Assembly (NCBI RefSeq): GCF_009914755.1
Contig: NC_060930.1
From: the human T2T-CHM13v2.0 reference genome, Homo sapiens
DNA: 64,000 nt
Reading direction: 5' to 3' (one strand)
Shown here: positions 18,361 to 30,926 of the stretch, piece after piece
How the letters are laid out: each line of letters opens with the position of its first letter
How positions within the stretch are numbered: the first letter of the stretch is position 1
Translations under genes and position numbers: made by a program
The notes under the pieces: generated by a model
What the model saw: only the letters and a program-made list of their open reading frames with translations
What the model was told of the DNA's origin: nothing
The model's database searches: none

Positions 18361-19029
18361 TCACCTGCTATAGGAGTGTACCTCTGATATGCAGAGAGGA
18401 AGGAAAAAGCAAACATATAGGGCAGGTGTGGAGGACAATGAGCTTGCCCCTCCCCTCCGCTTCTCCCAGGCATTGCCTTGGGCTCTTCTTTCTGCATAGA
18501 TTTTGAAGAAGTTTGAGTCTGTAACAAGCTTTCTATTTCAAAAGAAAAGAAACAGGAGCGTTTTGTGATTTTATTTCCACTCTGACCCACCGGCTCCTGC
18601 ACTTCTACATTTGTCGTTGTGCCATTGCTGCCACTGTTGTTCTTGTCCAGGGAAACACCGGTGGCCAACCCAGATCGGATACAATGGTGCGGCTCTGGAC
18701 TGAGCCTCCAACCACATTAGCCATGGGCAGCATTGTTGCTGCCGCTGCTGTTATTTTAATTATGATTGTACGTTAACCACCACCTTCCTTCCTCTGCCTC
18801 CCTTCAGCTGCAATGATGTATGTTACTTTTTGGTAACTGGATTTCATTAACATTTATGAACTCTCATAAAGTAGTAGAAAAAGCAATTTGTGTGGAAGAA
18901 TTTTCCACCTCATTAAACAGTGTTCTTTTGGGGGTCAAGCTGATATTTTTTTTGTTGTTAGATTTTTTTTATAGGTCCTTTGTCCTTCCCTAAGCCCTGG
19001 GGGATGAAAGGAGAGCCGTCCACCCAGCG

Positions 19030-19860
19030 AGGGGCTTGTGTGCCCTAGAGGGCGCTGGGCCCCGCGCGCTTTCCTGGCTGTCCCCGCCGGCTTTCCACCC
19101 TCCCCAAAGCCCAGGTGCCCACCGTGGGTCGCTGCGGCCTTTCCCCTTCTTGGCCAAATCCGATTACTTCGCAGCCTGCAGATGGCATCGCCGGCTAAGG
19201 GCAGCCTGCGGCAGGTCCCCGAGCCTGAGCACTCCTCCTATCTGGGGCCTGAGAGGACGCTCTGGGCTTTTTCCCAGGCCCAGGGTGCGCGGCCTGCTAG
19301 CGCCTTTCGAGGCACAGTCCCAAGATAGGCTCTTGTCCTTCGACGCCCCCTTGGCACAAGCGCACTGGCGCCCTCCGCTCAACCCACCTTGCCTTTGGGG
19401 CGGGCTTCAACCCTGGGAAGACAGGCCTGGGGGAAGCGAGAGGAGAGGCCCGAATAGAGGTTCCGGCTCAATCTTTCCCAGACGGAGGCCTGGTGTTTCC
19501 AGCTCAGTTGCATCTTCCAGCCGCGGGCTCCTGGCCCAAACAGAATGTGTTTGCTTTCACACCGGGACGGCAAGCGGAGTCCGCCTCAGTGAGCAGCGAG
19601 CTGCGCAGTCCGGACGGGTGTCGCCCCCAGAGACTCGCCAGCCGCCCCCAGACACTCGCCAGCCGTCCCCATCTCTAATCCACCGTCCAGGCCCGGGCCC
19701 TGGGAAGACCCCGGGGACGCGCTGGAGCCCCTGAAGGGGGTCAGGGGGAACAATGCCCGAAAAGGGAGCCTCCCCGACCGCCAGTCCAAAGGAACCGGGG
19801 ATGTGGCAGCGATTGCGAGGGGCCTAGGTTAGGGACACGCTCTTCTCGCTGGGTCCCAAG
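19030..19860. promoter_or_regulatory. CpG island (no gene recognised) with CTCF-like motifs
   Basis: High GC and CpG by inspection. Confidence 0.7.
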
Positions 19861-20249
19861 CCCAATCACCCAGGCCAATCACCAGCCTCTAACCTCCTTC
19901 CCCTCTAACCCCATCCCCACCTAGGAAGTTAAAAAACGCCCCTGCCGCCTTGACTCTTAGGGGGAGAAAGAGGAAACCCGAGGACTCCTGCCTGAGGGCT
20001 CCATAAAGTAACCAGGAACCGAGTGACAGGTGCTGGGAGAAATGAACATGCAGAAAGACCAGCTTTTTCTATTCTAAATGTGAATATGTAAAACAAGAGT
20101 TCAAACTCAAGAATCTGGGTGTCCATTTTGATTAAAAAACAAAACATCTCTCCAAGAAACAGGTTCTATGGTACTTGTGAGATGCTTTTCTGCCAGACAG
20201 CTCCCAAATCACATCTTATTAAGGGAGACTTCGAAGGCCTGTTAGCAGG

Positions 20250-23200
20250 TGACTGCGGCAGGGGCAGGGGCGCATCAGCTGTCCGGCTTGGACCGGCGTG
20301 GGCGTGGGCTGGGGGCTTTTCCGATTTGCTGAGTCAGCCGCGGGCGCCGCGGGCTTTGGTGTTTCCAGCCCAAGCGACTGTGCTTCGCTGACTGGTGTGT
20401 CAACTTGGTAGTGTAATTATTGTTTTGTTTTCTAATATGTAATTACTCTTTGTCGTTGCTATTATGAATCCACCGAGCTTGACTCTTGAGCAGCAAGATG
20501 GATTCAAGTTTGAAGTTAGGATTTGATGCGTGGGGAAAACTGGCTTCTCCCCATGCGTAGGACACTATAGGGGCCCACGCGTGTCTTCCCCGCAGCCCAG
20601 CAAGAAAGGGGGCGCCGGGGGTGCCCTGGCGGATAACAGGCGGTCACGCCTGATCCCCGCATAACAGATCCACTCTCCGTGTGGCTACGAGCATGAATTG
20701 CCGAGGTTGTTTTCCTCTTTAGCATATTTATAAAGGCAGAGAGAGGGGCGGAGAAAGGGAGGGAGAAAAAAAAGATACACTGGAGAGACGGGCTGTAAAG
20801 TTGAGAATAGACAGAAATAGAGGAGAAACGGCATTAGAGGGACAAGGAAGAGCTCAGAGAAAAAGACAAAGATGAAGAGAGAATGAGAGAACAGATTATT
20901 GTTTATTTTCAAATGTTTCCTTTTAGATTTAAAGTGAGATACTGCAAAGTTCCCTCAGTTTCCACTTACTTTACCACACTCTGCTTCAGTAAATCCCCAA
21001 GAGCTGCCAGGTTCCTGCACGTTCTCCCCTAGCCGTGCCTCGAGTTCAGAGCGCGGCCCCCACTGTACAGGCCTCCCCCGCCCGACGGAGCGTCCCCTCG
21101 CACCTCCCCAGAGTTGCCTAACTCCTAGGCCCTGAAAGTGCCAGAACAAAGGCCGACTCCCCCGGCGCCTCCCTCGGGGACTGAGCACCCTGGGCCCTGC
21201 TGACGAAGCAAACCCCAGACTCAGCTCAGCTACCCACGCTCCCAGCCACGTCGCGGGTGGATATTCCCGCCTGGGCTGGGCACCGCGGAATCAGCACCGC
21301 CTGCTGCGCAGGCCCCGCCCAGAGGCTGCACCACCCAGGCCCTGCCCGCCGCCCTCTGCAGCCTAGGCGGGGTGTGTGGCGTCGCGGTCAGCCTTACCGA
21401 GGGACACGCCGCCCCGGGCCGGGACGGGGTGGGGCTGTGGGGGATCCTGGGCCGAGGAAAGCGATCCATTTTCTCTAACCGTTTGCTCCAGAGCTGTCAG
21501 GTTAGCGTGGCCTCCTCGGCCGCCCAGAGAAGAATGTGTTAAAATTCTTTGCACGGGAGCCTTTCCCAGCCCAAATATACCACACTGTGGCGTTCCTCGT
21601 GCCGACCGTGGGTCTCTAACCTAGCCACCTTCTCCCGTTGAAATATGCACATCGCTATTCAATAATTTAGACAACTGGGAGACTGGACAAGTATAATTTT
21701 TTTTCCAAACACACGAGCATCCGGGTTGCCATCAATCATGCTTTTGTTTTATGTGAGATGGGCTTTGTGTGTTTAGCTGCCCGGCTCCATTCTATTTGCA
21801 TGTGGCTATTTAATGGGCATTTATTTTAGCTTTGAAGATCTGCTTAAAAATCTGAACCCAGAGAAGGGGGGAGGAGCGCCCCTCTTGTGATTCGGGTGGG
21901 TTTGCCTTTGGGACCCTTTCCTTTGAGGAGACTGGCCCTGCGGGTCCCGATTACAGATGAATTTTTATTCCGAGGTGGGGCACGTAATGGAACGGAAAAG
22001 ATATGATCTGTTTCCCAAATCTCAGGGTGTCTTTCTAGCAAACAATGCTCCAGTCACTGTTTGTGTATGAGACAAGTAATTGTGCTGCAAATGCTTAAAT
22101 AAATCATTGATGGGTGAAATTACACATTCTCACTTAAAGTGTAATGTGATTAAGAGATTATGAAATTGAAGCTAATATCTTGTCTCCCAGCTCCTGGCCC
22201 CAAGTCTTGACACCAGAAATTTATCAACTACAACTGTCCTGAAATTTACAAATACCATAGGTTTCTATTGACAGCGAATCAAAGACAACCTCTAAAAAAT
22301 AAAAATAGGTATATGTGCTTCTGCATATTGCGTTGGTCGTGGTTTTGTTTAAAAAGACGTAAGAAGGGAAGAGAAAGACTGAGATGATGGGGAGATGGTA
22401 TTTGCTTGTTTCATCTTTTATTTTTAAAAGTAAATAGGGAAGGGGGAAGGAGGGGGAGCCGTGGCGGGCGCTACGTCTGCGAGCTGATTACTCCCCGTCT
22501 GAAAGCGGCTCCATTTCCCGCACGGTGGGTAAGTCCTTTATCGGGGGAAGCCCCGGCCTCGCCCGCAGCCATTCCTCGCCTCGAGGCGCGCGCCGGGCCG
22601 GGGCGCGGGAGCCGCTCCGCGACTCCGTAATGACCCGGGTTCGCCGCAGCTGCGCCCTGACCCTTTGTGATGGCGCCGATAGCGCTCGGATGAAATTATG
22701 TCCTTCTCCGGGTGTGAAATTACCATGTTTATTAATTGAGCCAGACATTAGCTTTACCTTTTCTTTTTAAGCCGTGAAAATTTGCGATTCAGGGCAAATG
22801 ATTCTCCGACAGACGCTGGGCTCCACATCCCACCCCTCCCAGCCCGCGCCCCCTCCGGTCCTCGCGCTCCCCGGCCGCCACGTCCCGGGCAGTTCAGGAA
22901 AGCTTGCTAGGTTTCCACGCCGGAAAGCCCAAGGAGAAGGAGCCAGCAGGCCTCTGAGCGTGTGAGCGCGTGTGCGTGTCAGCGCGTACATGGGGGTGTT
23001 TTCCTCTTCGGGAAGTGTTATCAAACAGTAATAGCTACCCTCGACTCCGAATCACAGCATTCCCCCCAGAATTCCTGATCAGTAAAACCCAAATCGTTTT
23101 CAAGACAAAGGAGCATCAATCAGCGACAAAGACAGATTTAACGTATTAAATCTTTATTAAAGTGAAGTCATTCTTATTGAAATGATGTATTGGGTGTGCA

Positions 23201-23750
23201 GAAAGATTGGATTTTTTTTTTTTTTTTTTTTTTGACAATGTGTAAAATGGAGATGGTGGCGGAGAGCTTGCGCCGCGTCTTGCCCTGATTGTTCTGGGCT
23301 GGGATTGGATTACTGGGACTGCCCAGGGTCCCGCGCCAGGAAACACCACCTTGGACTACAGGGAAGAGACTGATCTCCCTCCTCCTGCCGGCCCCCACGT
23401 TGATTTCCCGAGAAACAAGCGTGTCCCAGGTCTTCTCAAAAACTTCCCTCCTTGGTCTCCGCATTAGGGAAACTGAGGTACTGCTGGCATGGCTGTCCAT
23501 ACGTTTGCTAAATCAGCTACTCCAGAGGCCTAGAGAAGGGAGGGAACGCCCTGGGTTTTCCAGAACAAGACACAGATCTCTCCGTAGCCTAAAGAAAGTC
23601 CTTGCGCCCCAGGTCTGAAAGCCAAGGGGAGCCTGTGTTTGCTCCCAGCGGGGTCGCCGGCCGTCTCCACAACCCTTGCTTCCTACAGGCAGAATTGAAT
23701 GCAGGAGCTGGCTGTCTTCCCGCCTGGGGTGGGCTCTCAATTCAACTGGA
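20250..23750. promoter_or_regulatory. CpG-island cluster with interspersed AT-rich homeobox-motif blocks
   Basis: CpG-rich at about 20250-21620 and 22440-23750. Confidence 0.6.
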
Positions 23751-26700
23751 CCTCGGGTCCTGTCAAGGAAAGGAAACCAGGAGGAGGAGGAGGAGGGAGT
23801 TCAGGGAGGAGTCCTCTCCCCCAGGGATGGGCTGCCCAGAGTTTGCTGCATTGCATCTCAAATGGCTCAAATTCTTACCTCCCCAGGAGAGAAAGCAGAG
23901 GGGGAATGTAAAATTGTAGGCTGCTTTTCAGAATGGCAGCCTCAACTTTAACAAAAAAAAAATGTGTTTGTGTCTCCACCTTCAGACACACAGACATCCA
24001 CACTAACTGAAAATGAACTGTTGGAATCAATTTCCTCGGAATACTCAACTTTTTTTCTATCATATTTCAGCAATGGACTGAACAGTTATAGCTGGTTGAT
24101 TCAATTTAGTATTTGCATAACCACGAGAAGAAGGTGGCTTTGCAGACTCAATGAATAGGTCTCTTGTTTGTTGTGTGTGTGTTGTGGGGTTGGATTTTTA
24201 AATACATGTGGGGAGGAGGAGGGCATCTCTAGGGCTATGCTGCTGCCCCAGGAGTCAGAAACTGAGAAGCTGCTTCTGGGCTGATGACAGTATTGTTTCC
24301 TTACTCCTCCAAGTTCTCTCTCCCTTCCCTCATATCTACCCCTGGAATCCTCTACATTGGAAAATTCACTCATTGGATCTTTCTTTTGTTTGTTCTAGGC
24401 AGCTCTGCATGTAAAGACAAACTGCTGTAGTAAACCGTTTGAAATAATTCCGTGGCAAGGAGAGATGGCAATGCTGTTTTACACTTTGCACATAGAAAAA
24501 GGGACAAGCAGATTTTCAGGGCAGCCTTCAGAAATAGAGCCAGTTTTAATAGGATCCCAACCCGTGCACTAATTAAATATTTCACAGCTCCCAAAGTTAA
24601 TGTGTTAACATGGGAACTTTTTTTCCACCAAATCATACAAATTGGCCCTCTGTAACATCATCCTCCCACCCCAACTACTCCCTCCTGTACTCACCCACAC
24701 ACATACGCACTCTGTGCCACAAACTCCTACCAACCGACCTGTTTTCTGAATGGCATTACAAAGAATTTTGTTAAAGAAAAGTCAGACTAATTGCTGCCAG
24801 AAGACCCGTCTCTTAGAGAAGTCTGGTTTTCATAAGCCAGATTCAGTAAAGGTTGTGGTTAAATCTAAGCCGACTAGAAGGTTCTTAAAGTTTTCTCAGC
24901 AAAGAGGGAAAAACAAAGAAACAGTAAGTTCAGCCAAAATGCTCAGTAAGGGGAGGAGGGGAGATGATGGGTAGGAGGGAAATTCAAGAGGGCTCTCTCA
25001 ACTCTTGTTTCTAGATTCCTCTCCTTAGAAGAGCTTTCTTCAAACTTAGTAACACCAATTGAGATGGTTTTCCTAAGTAGCCCAGCATCGCAGTCACAGG
25101 CCAGTGACTTGATTCTCTTGAAATGGCACTAATTTCCAAGGGCTGGGAGTTATACTAGAGGGTATAGCAAGGGATTTTCCAGTCCCAGGATTCCCCGAGG
25201 CACCTCCCTGTTCAGTTAGCACCAGTCTTCCTTTCAAATCTCCTGATCAAGTTAGTTGCAAAAAGTCCCTGCAGGAACAGGCAGGTGGATTCTCCCCACT
25301 TCTAAGCTATGTCACTGAGGAACACAGGCTTTCCCAGAGCGTGTCAGGGACTGCCACTCCAGCCTTCCCTCCCAGCTCTCCCCCTGGCTTTACCTGAGCT
25401 AAACTAGCAAGATGCTGCAGAACCTTATAGAGCGCAGAGACGGAAAGCAGTGGTGGAGGTGAGGTTTGGAGAGACCTTCATCTCTCTGAGTGTTTGAAAA
25501 GAAAAATCCCTCCAAGAATGATCTCATTTAATAATGAGGCTGGTTTAATTTTCGAAGTTTCTCATCAGAACTTTAACCTATGGTTTAATAGGTGCAGTCC
25601 CATGACTGGTTAGAGATTCCCTATAACTCATTATCTCCTAATAATGGGTCTCCCCCAAGCCCACCTTGTTCTCATGGATCCAAGAAGCTGGAACCATCTG
25701 ATCATGTCTCATGTTGCAAGAAGAGAAACCCACTCAGTGTCCCAGTCTCTGAACTTCATGGGAATCTCCAAGATCATTCTGACTTGAAGCAACATCCTCA
25801 AGGTTAAGACTCAACACGCCCATGCTCCCTGATATTCCATGGAAATAGTTACCCTTTTTGGAACCATTATCTTGGGTGCTTCCATTCAACTGGCTATGGA
25901 GTATGGGGGTAGGAAACAGAATATGCAACAACTACATTATATTGAGTATAGTCTCCCCCAGCGGAGGGTTCTCATAGCCCTTGCCATTCTGGTGGTTAGT
26001 ATTTAACTTATTTTTTCCTTTGAAGATTACTGCTTCCTTCTGAATCCATTGCCCACTCCCACCCTCACCCCCAGGTAACTATAGGGATGTGGAAATGAGG
26101 GCTGGAGGAGGTCTTGGTGTTACTGAGTCTTTCTTTTATTCTGTAATGACAAAAAGATCATAATATAAGCAAATGAATAAAAATTTAAAAATCACTCTTT
26201 CTCTTGGCAATTCTTGTGGTTGGGGTTTTGAAGGATGTTATCCATCCTTCACTGTTTTATAACCATAACGAAGTGATTTCTCGTTCTTAAGACATGAAGC
26301 TACTGAGCTGTGAAATGTACCCCATTTTCCAGTTTTCAGGATGAGTCAGGACAGCCTTTGCTCCAAAGTCCTATCACTTCTCATCCCACAGCCTGAACAC
26401 TTTAGAGAACTTAAGGCAGCATGTTGCCAACCACATCTTAAAACTGTGATCATGGAGGTTTGGCTTGAACACCTGGGCATCAATGTCAGCAGTGAATTTG
26501 GCTCATCCATTTAGTTAATCCGGGAGACTGCAATGATTTCATCTGAATCTGAAAGTGGACCAAGGCCGGTAGGGTTGGCACTGAAGGGTCCATTTGAGCA
26601 GGAAACAACTGATCACTTTCAAGCCCTTCACAGTCTTCCTTAGCCTGGACATCTGAGGAGGGAGGGGAATCATTAAGAAGCTACCTGGAGCTTTATGCCG

Positions 26701-27519
26701 TAAAGGCCCACTATGCTCTAGGACTGTAGAACAAGGAACCATGTCCATTTACATTGCCTTCCTCCCCTTGATCATCATGGGAAAAAAAATGCTGCAGAAG
26801 AAAGTACCTAAGTCACTTAAATCAGTCTCAATATGGAGCGTTTGTGGATTTGAAGAAAACTGTATATTACCCTGACGTTCTCATTTTATAAACAAGCAGC
26901 AAGGCTGTGTTCTCATAATGGAACTACAATCTCTTCTGTTTGTGTGTTATTTGCATAATAATTGCTACACAAAATCAAACCTCACGCCCAGTCTTTTGCA
27001 TTTGACTTTTTTCTCCAGCGTCAAAAATATTTCCTATGTGCTTCTAAGATCTTTTTGAGAATCCATCTTTTCACTATCATTCCTCCTTTCTTTTTCTCCT
27101 AATCAATTAAAAGCTTTTTCTCCTGAAGCTAGGAATTCAGCCAAAATATCAAATCAGGAGTGCGTGAGACTTCCACATTAACCGAGGCAGAAATCTTCAG
27201 ATCCAACTTTTATTTACGCCTGTCGCCAGCAAGAAAAGAGAGATTGGATATGTACGTGGAAATCAGCGCTGGGAATTTTTTGTCATAGCATTTTGAGTCA
27301 GAAACCACCAATAATATCCTCTAGACAGGACCCTTCTGGGTGCTAGGCCCATTTCACAGAGCTTGTTTCTGCCTGTCTTTTTATCCCACTGGACTGCCCA
27401 AACACTCCACATAAGCAGTCGATTTCTGTGGTTTCAAAGAAAAAAAAAAAAAAGATGAAACATGTCTTCTCTTTGAGGGTGACCTTTGACCTTTCTTTCC
27501 AATACACCTGACACAAAGG

Positions 27520-29200
27520 GCTTAGAAAAGACCCGTTTCGGGTGCGGGGTGCTGATGCTGCTTTTTTGTTGTTCGTTTGCGCTCGCGCTCGCTCTCGCTC
27601 TCTCTCTGCATCCCCCTCACCCCCTTTCTCGGAGACTGAACTAAGTGAAAAGTTGTTTCAATAATCGCAGCTCTCTGCTCCGCCAGGGCCGAGGGAGGCG
27701 GGCGGAACACGGAGGGTGTTTTGTTAAATGCTCCCGTCGTTCGCAGGGGCTGGGACTTGATAAAAGGAGACAGTTTTCTGAAAAGATTTGATTGAAATGG
27801 CGTGTGCCAGGGCTGATGGGAGCCAGCGAGGGACAAAGCGCCGAGAATCCATGGACACTCGAGCAATTATGCCTCCACGCTGAAGGTGGATTAGCGCGCT
27901 GGAAAGAAGCATATGTTTGGCCCGGGGCGACACTTCCCCCCGGCTGAGCTTAGAGAATGGGAGCGCGGAGAGCGGCTGGACCCGGAATATCAACTATCTG
28001 CGAAGCCCCCCCTTCTAGCCCAACTCCGCCAGCCTCCCCGCCCCCGCCGGGGAAAAGTCGGAGTGCATTTTTACAAAGATGAGAGGAGAAGAGAGGGCTA
28101 GGGGAGGAGCGGGCAGGGAGGGGAGTAGGTGCCTAGAGGTGCAAATGGCCCTGGGATCCCCCAGGAGCGGCCCTCCAGGCTCTCCTCTCTGGCGATCCCG
28201 AGGGCGCGTCCGTCCTTGGGTGTGGAAACCCAGAGGGGGTCAAATAAATGCTCCCCTATGGAATTTCCCACTGCTAAGGTAGTTCGGTCCAGGATGCCCG
28301 CTCAACGCGTATTGGAAGGTCAGCCGAATTGTTGCAATGAAACAAGGTTTTAATGACTAAAGATGCAAGTGCCTAAAAGGTTGCGTTGGGCAGGAGGCGC
28401 TTGGAGGGCAGCGCGGGTTCCCAGCCATTCCTTGGGTCCAGGTCGAGGAAGGCCTCGGGAGACGAGTCCCACAGTGAGATATTTGATGAAATGGGTCGGG
28501 GCTGGAAAGCTCGGACAGGCCGCATGGGAGAGAAAGGGTGCGGGTGCGGCAGTCGGATCCCCACGCAGCTCTATCTGCTTAGACACCCGGGCGAGGGATG
28601 CTTTGGGAGTTTGGAGCCAGAAAGTTTCCCAGACCCTGCCTCCAGTCATTAATTAAAGCGCCCTTCCCGTGGAAAAAAAAAAGGCCCTTAAAACTCTGAC
28701 CTGGAGCCTCCCGGCTCTTCCTCACTGCACCCGCAAGCGCGCTAAGGGAGACGGGAGGCACAAGCAAGTCCCAAACCTTTCTCTGGGTTTTACTGCAGTT
28801 TAATTGGGTCTATCCTGGACGCGAGTGCCGGTGGCCGCTGCCCAGGCCGTCCACATTTCCCTCCCTGGCTGTCCTTCGAGCCCCTACCAGTCCTTCCTCT
28901 CCCTGCCGCCCAAGCCCAGGCAAGACTCGAACCGCCCGTCCCACACAATCTCTACCATCCCCCCACCCCCACGCCCAACGCCAGACAGTCCAAATCAAGT
29001 AGCGAATAGCTCCTAATACAAAGGGGTGCATGGCAGGATATTTTCGGGGAATTCAAATAGGGCAGCGCCCTGCCAGCGGGTGGGGTCCTGGGTGGGGCAG
29101 GTGGGACCCAGTGAGGGGGTGCGCACCGCGCTGCCTCCTCCCAGGCAGGGGTCCAGGAGACCAGAGCTGAGCTCTGGCGCTGGGGACTGACTCCATGCTG
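27520..29200. promoter_or_regulatory. CpG island downstream of TFAP2A
   Basis: High GC and CpG by inspection. Confidence 0.65.
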
Positions 29201-30586
29201 TGGACAAAGGCGCAACCCAGACTTGGGGACTCCAAAAAGACAGGGGGGAATCCTGAAATAGGATATGGTAGCTGACAAAGCAAAAGGAAATTTGATCCTA
29301 GCGTTAACTCGGTGCCCCAGGGGGAAAAATTATCTTAAGGTATATTAGCTAAATTTAGTTTGATCAAACACACACATACACACACACACCCCACAAGTGT
29401 GTGTATATCCATATCCTGAGGATAAGCTGGATTTTAAAACGGTGATGAGACCAACTCTAGAGAGAGTTTGGAGAGATTTGTTCCCAGTCCAAAAACAAAA
29501 AAGAAAAAAACAAAACAAAAACCCGGAAGGCCTGGGCTTTTTGACTTGTAAAACTTGAGAGTCATGATAGACACGCCAAGATCGATTGCTCATACAGGGG
29601 CTGTGGACCACCTTCAGTTGAGGGCGTGTGTTTAGGTTTGTTACTGGAATTTAAAGGACGCGATCTTTATTGCCATAGAAAAATCACGTGCAGCAAAAGC
29701 ATAGCATGGGTTGGGTCACTTTTTAAAGCTCCCGCCCTGCTGATGAAAATATTCCCGCCCCCTTAAATGGGCGTTAAAGGAAAGTCAAAGGAAGACTAGG
29801 AAGTTTCCTCAAAGTCCTAGAGACCCTTTTTTTTTTTTTTTTTTTGGTGAGAGAGAGAAAAAGGGCGATCTGTTGCAAGTGTCTAATGTGGGGAGGTCAT
29901 CTCCCTGGGCCACTGCTTCTCTACACACTTCTCCAGCAATATATTAAGTGTTGCTCTTTTGTTAAGAAAGAAACATCTCTGTGAAAACTGAAGTTTGTTC
30001 TGCGCTATCCTTTTCGGGCATCAAAGATGAAAAAGAAATAAAATTTTACACATGAATCACACTTAAAGTTTCGTTTTAGGCCTCCCAAATTCAGCCTGAA
30101 ATCACTTTTCTTTCCTCCTTTCCTTATTTTTTTAAACACAGGAACTTTCCATATACATGAATTATCTAGTTTTCCATCCCAACATTCTCTCTTTCCACTC
30201 TCATGCCTTCCATGGGAAACATCAGTTACTTCTTTGAGGGTAAGACTCGGTGCATAATGTGATTGTGAATATTTCTCATCTGTGTCCACACAGGCAAAGA
30301 TGAGTTTGGGCTACTGGTTTTGCAGAAAGAAGTCAATGTCTTGTTCAATCAAACAAGGGCTCACTATGAATAAATACTTCACCTCAGACAAGTTCATCCT
30401 TGCCTTCAGAAAAACCGTTGACCAAATTCTGATCATTAATGGGATCATCAGTTTGAACTCATGGCTAACCTGGCAAATAATGTTTTTAAAGACATTGAAA
30501 GAAGGAATCCATAACAGGGTCAAACTTTTTCAGTTTCCCACCTAAGGTGGGTCACAGGGAGGACCGTATCATTAAGAGTAGTAATA

Positions 30587-30926
<340 letters not shown>

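Noticed and set aside
21181-21310. REST/RE1-like half sites (TCAGCACC, TGAGCACC)
   Set aside because: The right half GGACAG is absent
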